Of a stretch of 64,000 nucleotides of DNA, positions 1 to 9,808 are shown piece after piece. The DNA comes from a virus (taxonomy: Duplodnaviria > Caudoviricetes), in the IMG/VR virus record IMGVR_UViG_3300034197_000017, positions 19,686-83,685 of that record; one strand, given 5' to 3'. The notes beneath the pieces are model-generated. The model was not told the origin of the DNA, did not search any database, and worked only from the letters and a program-made list of their open reading frames with translations. A program made the translations under genes and the position numbers. Each line of letters opens with the position of its first letter. The stretch's first letter is position 1.

Positions 1-1
1 C

Positions 2-610
2 GTTGCTGGTTATGCTGAAGTTACCTTTGGTGGAACTATTGCTTCAGGTGATGTATTTACCCTAGAAATTGCAGGTGTAAACTACTCATTCACTTCTGGT
101 AGTAATACGGCTGCTGCTATTGCTGCTGGTCAAGTCACTGATAATGCTGCTGCTCTCTTAGCTGCTGGTGTTACCATCACTCAAAAAGCTAGCACTGGTA
201 CTTTGATTATTAGAGCTAACGATAGCTACACCATCAATACCTACTGTTCTAGTGGTGCTGCAACTGCAACGGTTAATACTACTGAAGCTGGTTACTTGGG
301 CGATATGGTTCTACCTCTCGGTACGATTCTATCTATCGGTAGTGTCAATGCTGCTGGGGAAAGAGCTATCACTCTAGCTGCTAATGCTGCTTATGCTCTC
401 CCTGCTGGTTCAAACATCGGCGTTAAGGTTAATAAGTATCTTGGTATTTATCCTTATAACTTAGATTTAAGTGAAGAACCAATGGCTCATCTAGCTCCTA
501 TTTGTGAAGCTGATGGTGTCTACGAGCAAAATCTTCCGTACATTGACCTACAACTGAAACGTAGATTCTCTGACCTACGGATTGACAAGCGTTTCTATAG
601 AGCTATTTAG
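2..610 (+). CDS. Head decoration/capsid-stabilising protein, 5' end outside window
   Basis: Frame of ORF 203-610 stays open back to base 2 (VAGYAEVTFGGTIASGDVF...). Ala/Gly/Thr-rich and directly upstream of the major capsid gene. Confidence 0.6.
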   Translation, partial: VAGYAEVTFGGTIASGDVFTLEIAGVNYSFTSGSNTAAAIAAGQVTDNAAALLAAGVTITQKASTGTLIIRANDSYTINTYCSSGAATATVNTTEAGYLGDMVLPLGTILSIGSVNAAGERAITLAANAAYALPAGSNIGVKVNKYLGIYPYNLDLSEEPMAHLAPICEADGVYEQNLPYIDLQLKRRFSDLRIDKRFYRAI

Positions 611-639
611 ATTTATATAATAAGGAAAATATTTATACT

Positions 640-1809
640 ATGTTTATTGAAAGTTGGTTAAAGGGACAACGTGAGTCCCGTACCGCTGATTTAGTGGTAG
701 ATAATACCCTGAAACAGTTGAAGGAACGTAGTCGTGTATTGGACAAGTATGTTCCAATGAAGACTAAAGAAGGTAGAGATTGGCTTGCTTATATCACTGA
801 GCAGATTGACCCTATTGCTTCTTTGGTAAGCACTGGTCAAGAATATCCTAGCACCACTAAAGGTAAATTCCGCCAAGTTCAAGCTCGCATGTTCAAAGCT
901 GCTCTGAGACATGAGTGGAATGAAGACCTGCAATGGAGAATGAAGGAAGTTAAGGAATTTGCCCAAGCTAAGGGTGTATCGGTTCAAAATATCTCTGTTG
1001 GTGATGGCAAGATTCAAGTTGGTCAAGATAATAGCTTGGCTGAATTGATTTTTGGTACAATTCAATCGCTGGTTCGAGGTCATGTGAACCTCTTGGACTA
1101 TCTTGCTTGGCAGGTCATCCAAACAGGTGCAATGCAATATAGCGATAGTCGGACTGGTCTAAATATTAATTTAGATTGGAAGCCAGCATTGACCAATGTT
1201 AAAAACCATTATCCTGCTGCTCTTACCGATACTAGACGTTGGACTGAGTTTACTACCGCTGACCCTATTCAAGACTTAGTGGATATGCACTCTGTCTATA
1301 AGTACAGCAATGGTTTTGGTGCTGATGCTGTTGCAATGTCTGAGCAGCTACTTCAACTAGTTCTACGTTGTAAGAGTACTAAGGAAGCTGTTGTAAGTTC
1401 GATGACGGTCGGTTATACCATGACTGGAACTCCCAGCATGGAACAAGTCAATGACCTTCTCAGACGTAGATTCCTTCCACCTATCGAGTTGGTTGATGAC
1501 CATTTCCAACTAGACGGTGATAACACGGGTAATAACATTCCTACCAGATTCCTTGACCCTACTAGAGTCGCTTTCCTAAAGACTGGGATGGGTGAAAGAG
1601 TGTTAGGTGGAACGCTGGAAAATAACGGTAAAGCTGGTATTTATCAACGTACCTACGAAAAGAGCAAAGAACCACCTCTGGATATCTCTGCTACCGCATC
1701 CATGTTGATTGTGACTGCTCCTACCATCTCTAAATATGGTATGTGTCGTAAGGTCTGTGACCAAATAGACCTGAATTCAGTGACCAATGTGGCTGACTTT
1801 GAATTCTAG
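640..1809 (+). CDS. Major capsid protein (HK97 fold, phage major capsid protein E-like)
   Basis: 389 aa. LDKYVPMKT, ASLVSTGQEYP, LAWQVIQTG and ADPIQDL segments resemble the capsid-E family. AAGGA RBS, high-expression codon bias, followed by a terminator. Confidence 0.85.
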   Translation: MFIESWLKGQRESRTADLVVDNTLKQLKERSRVLDKYVPMKTKEGRDWLAYITEQIDPIASLVSTGQEYPSTTKGKFRQVQARMFKAALRHEWNEDLQWRMKEVKEFAQAKGVSVQNISVGDGKIQVGQDNSLAELIFGTIQSLVRGHVNLLDYLAWQVIQTGAMQYSDSRTGLNINLDWKPALTNVKNHYPAALTDTRRWTEFTTADPIQDLVDMHSVYKYSNGFGADAVAMSEQLLQLVLRCKSTKEAVVSSMTVGYTMTGTPSMEQVNDLLRRRFLPPIELVDDHFQLDGDNTGNNIPTRFLDPTRVAFLKTGMGERVLGGTLENNGKAGIYQRTYEKSKEPPLDISATASMLIVTAPTISKYGMCRKVCDQIDLNSVTNVADFEF

Positions 1810-1834
1810 ACCTTAAAAGTCTAAATTTACATTT

Positions 1835-1867
1835 CCCGTTAGAAAATTTTCTAGCGGGTTTTGTTTT
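1835..1867 (+). terminator. Rho-independent terminator after MCP, containing two inverted copies of the GTTAGAAAA-type motif
   Basis: CCCGTTAG-aaaatttt-CTAGCGGG followed by TTTTGTTTT. Confidence 0.8.
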
Positions 1868-1914
1868 ATCAGAGTGGTATTATTGGAATATATAAATAAT
1901 TAATTAATATCACG

Positions 1915-2970
1915 ATGACTGCAACAACTACTTTAGAGAATTTTCTAACGACTATTAATGAAAAAATAGCCATTACTACTGCTGAAGAGGCATTGGCTAA
2001 TTTAGCAGAAATTAGAGCTGATATATACGATGCTTTAGGGTATAACTCAGGTGTTGGAGGTACATATTCAGGTGCTACAGCTTCTGAAGTTATTGATTCT
2101 ATAGATGCTTCTGTAGATATTGAAGCAATTAAAGATTCCCTAGCTAGTATAGATACGTATATTCAAGATTTAGCTGGATATGTAGATACTGTAGAGGCTA
2201 AATTAACAGATGTAGCTGGCTCTACTAATAATCTTGGGGATATACTCACAGCTAATACTTCAAGCCTTGCAACAATTAATGTTACCTTAACTGCTATTAA
2301 AGGATATATTGACGGTGTTGAAGGGTTTACTGATGGATTAGAGACTCTAATTGGAAGTACTAATTCCAAGTTAGATTCTATTATCTCTTTTGTAGATGGT
2401 CTAGAAGGATATACTGACGGAATTGAGACATCAATTGGAACTACTAACTCTAGATTGAGTACCTTAAGTACAAATTTATCTGATGTAGAAACTCTAATTA
2501 CTGCTGGAAATGTAAGTTTAGAATTATTGGTATCTACTTTAGAGACTGTAGAAACTAATACAGACCAGTTAGAAAATTTAATCGCTGCTGGCAATACGTT
2601 ACTGACTGGAATTAAATCAGCTATTGATAAATTAGCTCCCACTGTTACTACATATAGATATATGGGTACTAGTGCTGGTGCTAATGTTAAAGTTTCAGCA
2701 GGAAAGATTTACTCTCTATCCTGTAGTAACCTTTCAACTAATCCTAGATATTTTCAGCTATTTAACTCTTCCTCTACTCCCTCAGCAAATCAGACTGCAC
2801 TTGAATCTTATCCTATTACTGGTGGAGGTTCGATAATTTTGGATTGTAATTATTTCGATAAGACTTCAAATGAATTTTCTAGCGGGATTAGTTGGGGATT
2901 CTCCACCTCTGCTCTTACCTATGTTGCTGGAGATTCAACTACGGCTATTGTTGTAATTAGGGCTATCTAA
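1915..2970 (+). CDS. Virion structural protein with long coiled-coil region and C-terminal beta domain
   Basis: Heptad-like repeats (IDGVEGFTDGLETLIG / VDGLEGYTDGIETSIG) in the structural operon. Confidence 0.5.
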   Translation: MTATTTLENFLTTINEKIAITTAEEALANLAEIRADIYDALGYNSGVGGTYSGATASEVIDSIDASVDIEAIKDSLASIDTYIQDLAGYVDTVEAKLTDVAGSTNNLGDILTANTSSLATINVTLTAIKGYIDGVEGFTDGLETLIGSTNSKLDSIISFVDGLEGYTDGIETSIGTTNSRLSTLSTNLSDVETLITAGNVSLELLVSTLETVETNTDQLENLIAAGNTLLTGIKSAIDKLAPTVTTYRYMGTSAGANVKVSAGKIYSLSCSNLSTNPRYFQLFNSSSTPSANQTALESYPITGGGSIILDCNYFDKTSNEFSSGISWGFSTSALTYVAGDSTTAIVVIRAI

Positions 2971-2971
2971 G

Positions 2972-3400
2972 ATGCCATCTAAATTAACTAAAACCTCACT
3001 AGATGAATTCCTTACTTCATCAGATATTTTAGATTTTGACTCATCTGTACAGTCAATAATCAGTAATTCAAGCGTTGGGGAAGTTATCTGGAATGTAGTG
3101 ACTTCAGATACTGATTTAGTTCCTGGAAATGGTTATATCTGTGCTTCAGAATCCAGAATCTTATTAACCCTACCTAGTACAGCAAATGTGAATAGTAGGA
3201 TATCTATTTACACTGTAGGTATTGGAGGATGGAAAATTCAACAGCAAGAGGGAGGTCAAATTCAAGTAGGACATCTCTTCACTACTTACGGTGCTTTAGG
3301 GTATATAGAATCTCTATATGTAGGAGACTATTTACCGTTAGTATTTGCTAATAATATGTGGATTGAGATAGGAATGAGAGGGAATATTAACGTAATATAA
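2972..3400 (+). CDS. Small fibre-associated structural protein
   Basis: C-terminal domain (NGYI..LTLPSTA..GIGGWKIQQ..GQIQVG) is paralogous to the C-terminus of 3429-4511. Confidence 0.55.
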   Translation: MPSKLTKTSLDEFLTSSDILDFDSSVQSIISNSSVGEVIWNVVTSDTDLVPGNGYICASESRILLTLPSTANVNSRISIYTVGIGGWKIQQQEGGQIQVGHLFTTYGALGYIESLYVGDYLPLVFANNMWIEIGMRGNINVI

Positions 3401-3428
3401 TAAAAGTACATAAATCTTAATAATTAGT

Positions 3429-4511
3429 ATGGTTTTTCAAAATAGTTTTGGTAATAGATTAGTAGATGGGTTAAGGATAGATTTTAGTAATTCAGCTACT
3501 GGAGATATTTACTATAGAAATTCTGCTGGTGAACTAACCAGATTAGGAATAGGTAGTGAAGGACAGGTACTAATTTCTGGAGAACTTACTCCTTTTTGGG
3601 GAGATAATATTGCTGGTGGTGATGCTGGTGGTGATTTTACAGGAAGTAGCTTTCCTAATCCAGTTCTAGCTAATGATGTTGTAACTTTTCCAAAAATTCA
3701 AAATATTTCTACAGGGACATTTCTAGGTAGAATTGATGCTGGTTCAGGTAATGTAGAAGCATTAACCGCTAGTCAAGTTAGAACTGGATTACAGTTAGGA
3801 ACTGCTGCACTAGTAAATACTGGTAGTAGTGCTGGAGATATACCTTTATTAGGTGTAGGAGGTGTTATTCCTGCCTATATGCTTCCTTCAATTGCTATTA
3901 CAGAGGTTCAATGGGTAGCAAATCAAACAGCTAGACTTGCCCTAGATATCAATATTGGCTCTGTAGCTAAACAGACCGATAATGGTATTGCTTACATGCT
4001 AGCTAGTCTTCCTGCTAGTGATAATGCTAACTGGATATCAATTGGAGATACATCTATTGATGCTGGTGAAATTGTTAGCGGTATTATTGACCCTACTAGA
4101 TTAGGAAGTGGTACGGCTAATAGTACTACGGTCTTATTTGGTGATGGTACATATAAAACAATAAACTTTATATTTCCTTGGACTAAAGTTACTGGTACAT
4201 CTCAGACTATATCCGTAAATAATGGGTATGTCATAAATAATGCCTCTTTATGCACGTTACCGTTACCTAGTACATCTGCAATCGGTGATGTAATTAAGCT
4301 AATGGGTGAAGGTATTGGGGGATGGAGAATATCTCAGAATACAGGCCAATCTATCAGAGTAGGAAACCTAGTCTCCACTACTGGTACATCTGGTAAGATT
4401 GAATCATATACAAGTACACCTCAAGCTACAGTAGAACTTGTATGTACTGCAACTAATACTACCTGGCAAGCCCTTAACTATACAGGTATCATAAATGTCG
4501 TTAACACATAG
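3429..4511 (+). CDS. Fibre protein
   Basis: GDIYYRN..LTRLGIGSEGQVL and LGSGTANSTTVLFGDGT segments typical of phage fibres; Gly/Ser/Thr-rich. Confidence 0.6.
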   Translation: MVFQNSFGNRLVDGLRIDFSNSATGDIYYRNSAGELTRLGIGSEGQVLISGELTPFWGDNIAGGDAGGDFTGSSFPNPVLANDVVTFPKIQNISTGTFLGRIDAGSGNVEALTASQVRTGLQLGTAALVNTGSSAGDIPLLGVGGVIPAYMLPSIAITEVQWVANQTARLALDINIGSVAKQTDNGIAYMLASLPASDNANWISIGDTSIDAGEIVSGIIDPTRLGSGTANSTTVLFGDGTYKTINFIFPWTKVTGTSQTISVNNGYVINNASLCTLPLPSTSAIGDVIKLMGEGIGGWRISQNTGQSIRVGNLVSTTGTSGKIESYTSTPQATVELVCTATNTTWQALNYTGIINVVNT

Positions 4512-4520
4512 ATTTATTTA

Positions 4521-6119
4521 ATGGCTACTCAAAACTCTATAGGTTCTCAAATTCTCGATGTTTTAGATAATTTACTAAAATTTGGGAATAATACTATTAC
4601 TGGACTAAGAACTCTTAGATTAGTTAATAGTGCAGGATTTATTGACATAGCTGGAACTCCAACTAATCCAGATGGAAATGTTATTACAGTTAGACCTATA
4701 ACAGATACTATGTCAGTTCTAGGGGATTTTGCTTCTCCCCCTTCAATTGGTAGTACTCTAGCTAATACTGGAAGATTTTCTAGCGTGGTGGTTGCTGGTA
4801 CTAACATGCAATACACTCTATCTCCTTCTGGTGGATATTTAGCTCAAGAGCTAGTTAATACTTCCGGTGGTATTTATAGAGATATGTCAATGGATGGGAA
4901 TGACTATAACTTCAGAGAAATCCAAGTAAGTACCACGGAGTTACAGTTTAATGGTAGTGCTAATGCCCATCATCAATATAATCTTCCATTATATTTTAAT
5001 TCTCCTGTTTACTCCACGACTCCTAATGCATTTATACTGCAAAATAGTTCGGTATCTGGGCAGTTAATTAAATGGAGGACTTCAGCAGATGTAGATAGGT
5101 GGGCATTTGGTAAAACTGGAGAAGATAGAGAAAATCTAGGTTGTTATGCTTTTAATGATGCAGGAGCATTATCTTTTACTGCATTTACAATAAACAGAGA
5201 TACTGGTATCTTCCAACCCTATAGATTTGCTTTGGCTTATGGTGGATATTCAATGGAGTTACAGTTTACATCTGGAACTGCTAATAGAACCGCTATATTT
5301 CCTGATAAAACAGGTACTGTAGCCTTTACTTCAGATATATCGTCTAATGCTCCATCTGAAATTACCTCTTCTAATGTTTTCGATGATTATTTAAGAGTTT
5401 ATAGTTCCTCTAATACTGCCGATAGAAAAATATTAGGTAGGAATTTAGCTCCGTTTAATCCTGCTACCTTATATTGGGCATATGATGATTTTGTAGGTGG
5501 TAATACTTTTATTACAGGATTTGGATATTATCCTGTAGGTTCTGGTTCTGGAGTTACATCTGTAAATAATGGCTATAGTGATGCTTTTGGAATAGCGTCT
5601 ATTACTGCTGGAAATACTTCCTCATCTCTATGTCATATGTACATTACTAACCAAAATATTGTAGTGGGAGGTGGAGGTAGATTTTATATTAAATCTAGAG
5701 TAAGAATTCCTGTATTGTCAGATGGGACTAATAGATTTATTTGTTTTTCTGGACTTAGGGATAACTGGGATACTGATGGTACAGACGGTATTTTCTTCAA
5801 ATATAGTGACACCTTAAATAGTGGTGCTTGGCAGTGTGTAACCAGAAGTAATTCAGTGGCAACAACAGTGAATACTAATGTTACTATAGTTGCGGGTACA
5901 TGGTATAACTTAGAAATTCTTACTGATGCTGCCTTTACTTTTGTATGGTTTTATATTAATGGTACTCAAGTAGCTACTAGTAATTCCAATGTATTGACTG
6001 GTTCATCTAGAAATACATCAATAAGTCCAGCTTCTATAATGAAAACATTGGGAACAGTGGCTAGAAGTATGGATATTGATTATTTTGTAGTGTTAAAAGA
6101 ATTCTCTACACCTAGATGA
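4521..6119 (+). CDS. Fibre / receptor-binding protein with C-terminal lectin-like (LamG-type) domain
   Basis: DRWAFG..FTINRDTG fibre motif; YDDFVGG..GTWYNLEI..FYINGTQVAT lectin-like C-terminus. Confidence 0.6.
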   Translation: MATQNSIGSQILDVLDNLLKFGNNTITGLRTLRLVNSAGFIDIAGTPTNPDGNVITVRPITDTMSVLGDFASPPSIGSTLANTGRFSSVVVAGTNMQYTLSPSGGYLAQELVNTSGGIYRDMSMDGNDYNFREIQVSTTELQFNGSANAHHQYNLPLYFNSPVYSTTPNAFILQNSSVSGQLIKWRTSADVDRWAFGKTGEDRENLGCYAFNDAGALSFTAFTINRDTGIFQPYRFALAYGGYSMELQFTSGTANRTAIFPDKTGTVAFTSDISSNAPSEITSSNVFDDYLRVYSSSNTADRKILGRNLAPFNPATLYWAYDDFVGGNTFITGFGYYPVGSGSGVTSVNNGYSDAFGIASITAGNTSSSLCHMYITNQNIVVGGGGRFYIKSRVRIPVLSDGTNRFICFSGLRDNWDTDGTDGIFFKYSDTLNSGAWQCVTRSNSVATTVNTNVTIVAGTWYNLEILTDAAFTFVWFYINGTQVATSNSNVLTGSSRNTSISPASIMKTLGTVARSMDIDYFVVLKEFSTPR

Positions 6120-6156
6120 TATACTTTAGTTATAAATACTAAATATAAATAAAGTT

Positions 6157-6639
6157 ATGGCGGATTATAAGGTACACATCGCATATATTACCCCTAATGG
6201 AGAGATTATTTTACCGGGAATATATAGCGATACTAAAATAGATTTACATATCGCTAGAAGTAAATCCATCGTTACAGCAGTAGACGCAACTGTAGAAGTT
6301 AAAACAACTTCTCTAACAGATGAGTCATTGACTATTGTAAACATGGAACAAAGATTTTCTACCGAGGATGTTTTGACTGTCTTTAAGGGTGAATCTATTC
6401 AAGAGATAGTACAGATTGAAAGAGTACAAATTAATTACGCTACAGCAGAACAGTTAGAAAAACTAAAATATATCGGTAAGGCTACTGCTAATAAGGTTAT
6501 TCAGTTAAGACCTTTTACTAGCTATGACCAATTAAATTCTAAAGTCCCATTAAAAAATCGTAGATGGGAAGATGTAGCAGTTATTGATTTCAAAACTGTT
6601 TCTGAGATAACAGCAGAAACAAACGTTATACTTAGTTGA
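6157..6639 (+). CDS. Helix-hairpin-helix (ComEA/HHH_3-like) DNA-binding protein
   Basis: VQINYATAEQLEKLKYIGKATANKVIQLRPFTSYDQL matches the HhH consensus. Confidence 0.75.
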   Translation: MADYKVHIAYITPNGEIILPGIYSDTKIDLHIARSKSIVTAVDATVEVKTTSLTDESLTIVNMEQRFSTEDVLTVFKGESIQEIVQIERVQINYATAEQLEKLKYIGKATANKVIQLRPFTSYDQLNSKVPLKNRRWEDVAVIDFKTVSEITAETNVILS

Positions 6640-6646
6640 GGTAATT

Positions 6647-7225
6647 ATGACGTATCAGGGGATATTACCTCAAGTAATCAAACAGAATGAACTCATCAGT
6701 GAAGGAAAGCGTTTTTCTAACTCGGTTCCTCAGATTCCCTTTAATGGGATTACCTCACCAAAAATTAAAAGAGCTGGAGTGGCTAAACGCTTATCACCGT
6801 CTATGTCTAAAGAAAAAACATTCGTAAAACACGGTAAGTTTTCCTATATGGAAGATACGGCTGATTTTGCAGGTGAAATGCCTTACTCCTATCCCTACAA
6901 TCCAGCTCCATTTGACCCTAGACAGTCTCCTTATTACACTAGACCTCAACCTAATCAACCATTGCCGTATCCTCAACCATATTCAGGAAATTACCCAGAA
7001 GAACAATATCCTAAACCCTATATATCTACTCCTGAAGTCTATTCACAGACAGAGGGAAGACGTAAATTTGACTCCAGACGGCAAGCCTATAACTCAGGGG
7101 TAAATACCTCTAGAGAGGCTAGAAGATGGATTACAACAGCAAATACCTCTAATAATGAACTTAGAAGTAACTTAAAATTCTTAGGAATTAATGGTAGACA
7201 ATTAGTAGGTGGCTCAAGTGACTAA
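6647..7225 (+). CDS. Hypothetical basic, Pro/Tyr/Gln-rich protein (possible internal virion protein)
   Basis: 192 aa ORF with low-complexity PY/QP repeats; overlaps the next gene. Confidence 0.45.
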   Translation: MTYQGILPQVIKQNELISEGKRFSNSVPQIPFNGITSPKIKRAGVAKRLSPSMSKEKTFVKHGKFSYMEDTADFAGEMPYSYPYNPAPFDPRQSPYYTRPQPNQPLPYPQPYSGNYPEEQYPKPYISTPEVYSQTEGRRKFDSRRQAYNSGVNTSREARRWITTANTSNNELRSNLKFLGINGRQLVGGSSD

Positions 7226-7889
7226 CTTAAAGTATGCCAAGATTGACTCCATAACTCGTAGATTAGCAGGAAGAATTACTGTAGTAGATTTAACTGACTA
7301 CGGAATTACGGGTATTACTGGTACTGAAATAGGTACTGATATTATAGAAATTATTGGTCTAGAAAAAGAGGAGTTCATAGATATGTACTTATCTATGATT
7401 TATGTCTTCCCCTTAATAAATGAACATCCTTTTCTGCAGGCTATTGTAGAAAAATTAGTTATTAGCGACGTATATTACACTTATTTTCCTACTATGGCTG
7501 AAAATAGTGAAAATACAGATACTTTCGCTGGTATTATGAGGCAGCAAGCCTTAAATGATTTCCAATCTCTCTTTAATGGTCTAGGTATATTCATTCCTGG
7601 TAGTAGTAATCAAGCTAATTCTATCCAGAATGATGAAAATAAATATCAAATGGCTAATAAAGCCGTAATGCTTATGGGAGAGAAGATTAAACCTTATATC
7701 GGATATGATATGGATGGAGATGGGACTGCTGATAGTGATTTATATAAATTAAATACTAATGTATCTCCTAGTTTTTATAGTCCGGGGGATATGAGTTTGT
7801 TAGGGGAGGGTGAAGATATAATAGATGGTATAAGAGTTAGACCTAGATATACGACAGCTAGAAATAAAGCAGATATTAATTTTTGGTAA
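7209..7889 (+). CDS. Head-tail adaptor, Mu gp36/DUF1320-like
   Basis: EEFIDMYLSMIYVFPL...PFLQAIVEKLVISDVY...QQALNDFQ resembles the gp36-like pattern; position fits. Confidence 0.6.
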   Translation: MAQVTNLKYAKIDSITRRLAGRITVVDLTDYGITGITGTEIGTDIIEIIGLEKEEFIDMYLSMIYVFPLINEHPFLQAIVEKLVISDVYYTYFPTMAENSENTDTFAGIMRQQALNDFQSLFNGLGIFIPGSSNQANSIQNDENKYQMANKAVMLMGEKIKPYIGYDMDGDGTADSDLYKLNTNVSPSFYSPGDMSLLGEGEDIIDGIRVRPRYTTARNKADINFW

Positions 7890-8053
7890 TGGAATTAGCA
7901 GATATCGGAAAAGAGATAAGACGGTTAGTTTTGGAAAGTTTGAAAGAGACTGTCCCAGAAGCTACGGCTAATTTCTCTAAACTAAGCAAACTTAAGGATA
8001 GTTCAACTAAAGCTTTAGGATACTCAAAATTAAAAACAAACTATACCCCATAA
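7889..8053 (+). CDS. Small hypothetical protein (54 aa, below ORF-track cutoff)
   Basis: ATG overlaps the upstream TAA (TAATG); MELADIGKEIRRLVLESLK...NYTP*. Confidence 0.55.
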   Translation: MELADIGKEIRRLVLESLKETVPEATANFSKLSKLKDSSTKALGYSKLKTNYTP

Positions 8054-8057
8054 CGTA

Positions 8058-8540
8058 ATGCTAATTGATACTCCAAATTATCCAGAAAAATTTGATTTTG
8101 TAGATGCTGACTGTAAAGCTATTGTGGAGTATTTATATAACACAGTTAACTATACATTTTCTAACACGAAGCAGAAGTTAATTAAGACCTATAGGGCATG
8201 GAATGATATAGAGATTCCTACAGTAGATTACCCAGTATTAAAGGTATATGCTGAATCTGAAACAGTATTTGAAAATGCACCTTTTCTATCGACTTCTTTT
8301 ACTATTGCCTATGGTTTAGCCTATACTACTAAGCCTAAAGTTGGGGATGTTAGTAGGTTTGTTACTAAGGAACTAATTAGAGCCTTAATTAATGCTCCTT
8401 TAGAGGAGTTTATGTTTCAAATAGATTGGAGAAATCAATTTAATGTTCAATATGAAACATTAATTTCTCCTGGTAATGTTATCTATAGATATTCAACAAT
8501 AAACTGTAATATTTTCACAAGGATGGATTTACCAGAATAG
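8058..8540 (+). CDS. Putative tail terminator / completion protein
   Basis: 160 aa, DYPVLKVY..E pattern; position between adaptor and tail genes. Confidence 0.45.
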   Translation: MLIDTPNYPEKFDFVDADCKAIVEYLYNTVNYTFSNTKQKLIKTYRAWNDIEIPTVDYPVLKVYAESETVFENAPFLSTSFTIAYGLAYTTKPKVGDVSRFVTKELIRALINAPLEEFMFQIDWRNQFNVQYETLISPGNVIYRYSTINCNIFTRMDLPE

Positions 8541-8592
8541 AACCGTTAGAAAAATTGATATATAATTAAATTAATAAGATATACATATAAAT

Positions 8593-9426
8593 ATGAGTAC
8601 AGTAACCTTTAAACGAGCTTTGCAGACATTAACCAGTACCTATACTGCAAGTGTAATTGCTGGAATTATTTCTGAGACTGCTGGTAAAATCTATCTTCCA
8701 TTAAGTTTTGATTCATTTGATGCTCCAGATATTTCTATTGATGGATGTACTTTGACATCTACTCAAACTAAAATTTCTGGTGCTGCTGGTGCATTTGATA
8801 ATGTTAGAGTCGGTGATATTGTCACAAGTACTTCAACAGGTACATTAACGGCTAAGAGTGCTGTAACAATCAATACTTGCTATGTAGCTAAACTTCTCCC
8901 CTATATCATCTATCCTGACACTGCTGATATTTCTGGTATTAAAGCTGGAGATGCAGTTACAGGTACTGGTATCGGTGCTGATTGTCTAGTAGATAAGATA
9001 GATACAGTAAGCCGTATAATCTATCTCACTGTAGCTAATACTGCTGCTGGAGCAAATAACATCACCTTTACACCTCCTGTTAGAGTGACTGCTGTTAGAC
9101 CCTCTACTGCACTCTCTAACGCTAATCAGATTGATATTGATACTACGATTGCTACATCTGGAGCTGCTAGTACTATAGTAATCACTCCTGGTGCTGGTGA
9201 GGCTATATTTGCTGTTCTTAGAGTTGAACCACTATCTAACTCGACTGGTGGAAGATTAAACGTCGCTCTATCTGTCTATTATGGGGATGGTGCTGATGTT
9301 AAAGGCTCAACCACTGGATATAGTGAATTGACATTTTCTACCCTGTCATATAGTTCACTATCTACCTTTGGTATTGATGCTGATACCTTCCTGGTGGATG
9401 CTAGATTACCTAGACCTACGAGCTAA
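8593..9426 (+). CDS. Abundant virion structural protein (tail tube or decoration candidate)
   Basis: Thr/Ala/Gly-rich beta protein with internal repeat (VRVGDIVTSTSTG / IKAGDAVTGTGIG); own TATAAT (8561) and a downstream inverted repeat. Confidence 0.5.
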   Translation: MSTVTFKRALQTLTSTYTASVIAGIISETAGKIYLPLSFDSFDAPDISIDGCTLTSTQTKISGAAGAFDNVRVGDIVTSTSTGTLTAKSAVTINTCYVAKLLPYIIYPDTADISGIKAGDAVTGTGIGADCLVDKIDTVSRIIYLTVANTAAGANNITFTPPVRVTAVRPSTALSNANQIDIDTTIATSGAASTIVITPGAGEAIFAVLRVEPLSNSTGGRLNVALSVYYGDGADVKGSTTGYSELTFSTLSYSSLSTFGIDADTFLVDARLPRPTS

Positions 9427-9449
9427 TATTACTTAATATTTTAATATTG

Positions 9450-9480
9450 ATATACTAGGTGATATGTTTACCTAGTATAT
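9450..9480. terminator. Perfect inverted repeat, probable terminator
   Basis: ATATACTAGGT-gatatgttt-ACCTAGTATAT followed by TTATTT. Confidence 0.6.
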
Positions 9481-9484
9481 TTAT

Positions 9485-9808
9485 TTGAGCATAATGGATA
9501 CACAAAATACTGAATATGACACTATATTAGATTCCCTTAAAAAGATTCATATAGCAGCTAAATCTAGCAGAATAGCGATTAGAAAAGATATTAAAGGGTT
9601 ACAATCTCTTATGCTCCTCTGCATTGCAGTAGTTTTACTTGTAACTCAAGCTAATAAAGATGATAGGGAGGGGTTTGTTTCTAAATATGGAGATACCCTT
9701 ATGACATTAGCTTTAACAGGAGCTGCTGGATTTAAAACTTTTACTGCACAGGCTGAATCTGAAAAAGAAGAACCAAATGATGATGATGATGAAGATGCAA
9801 CTAAATGA
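9485..9808 (+). CDS. Small membrane protein, possible holin (likely ATG at 9494)
   Basis: Two hydrophobic stretches (LMLLCIAVVLLV; LMTLALTGAAGF) and a highly acidic C-terminus. Confidence 0.4.
   Translation: MSIMDTQNTEYDTILDSLKKIHIAAKSSRIAIRKDIKGLQSLMLLCIAVVLLVTQANKDDREGFVSKYGDTLMTLALTGAAGFKTFTAQAESEKEEPNDDDDEDATK

Noticed and set aside
6157-6639. Photosystem II PsbU (also HhH-fold)
   Set aside because: No signal peptide, and the sequence fits the generic ComEA-type HhH better.
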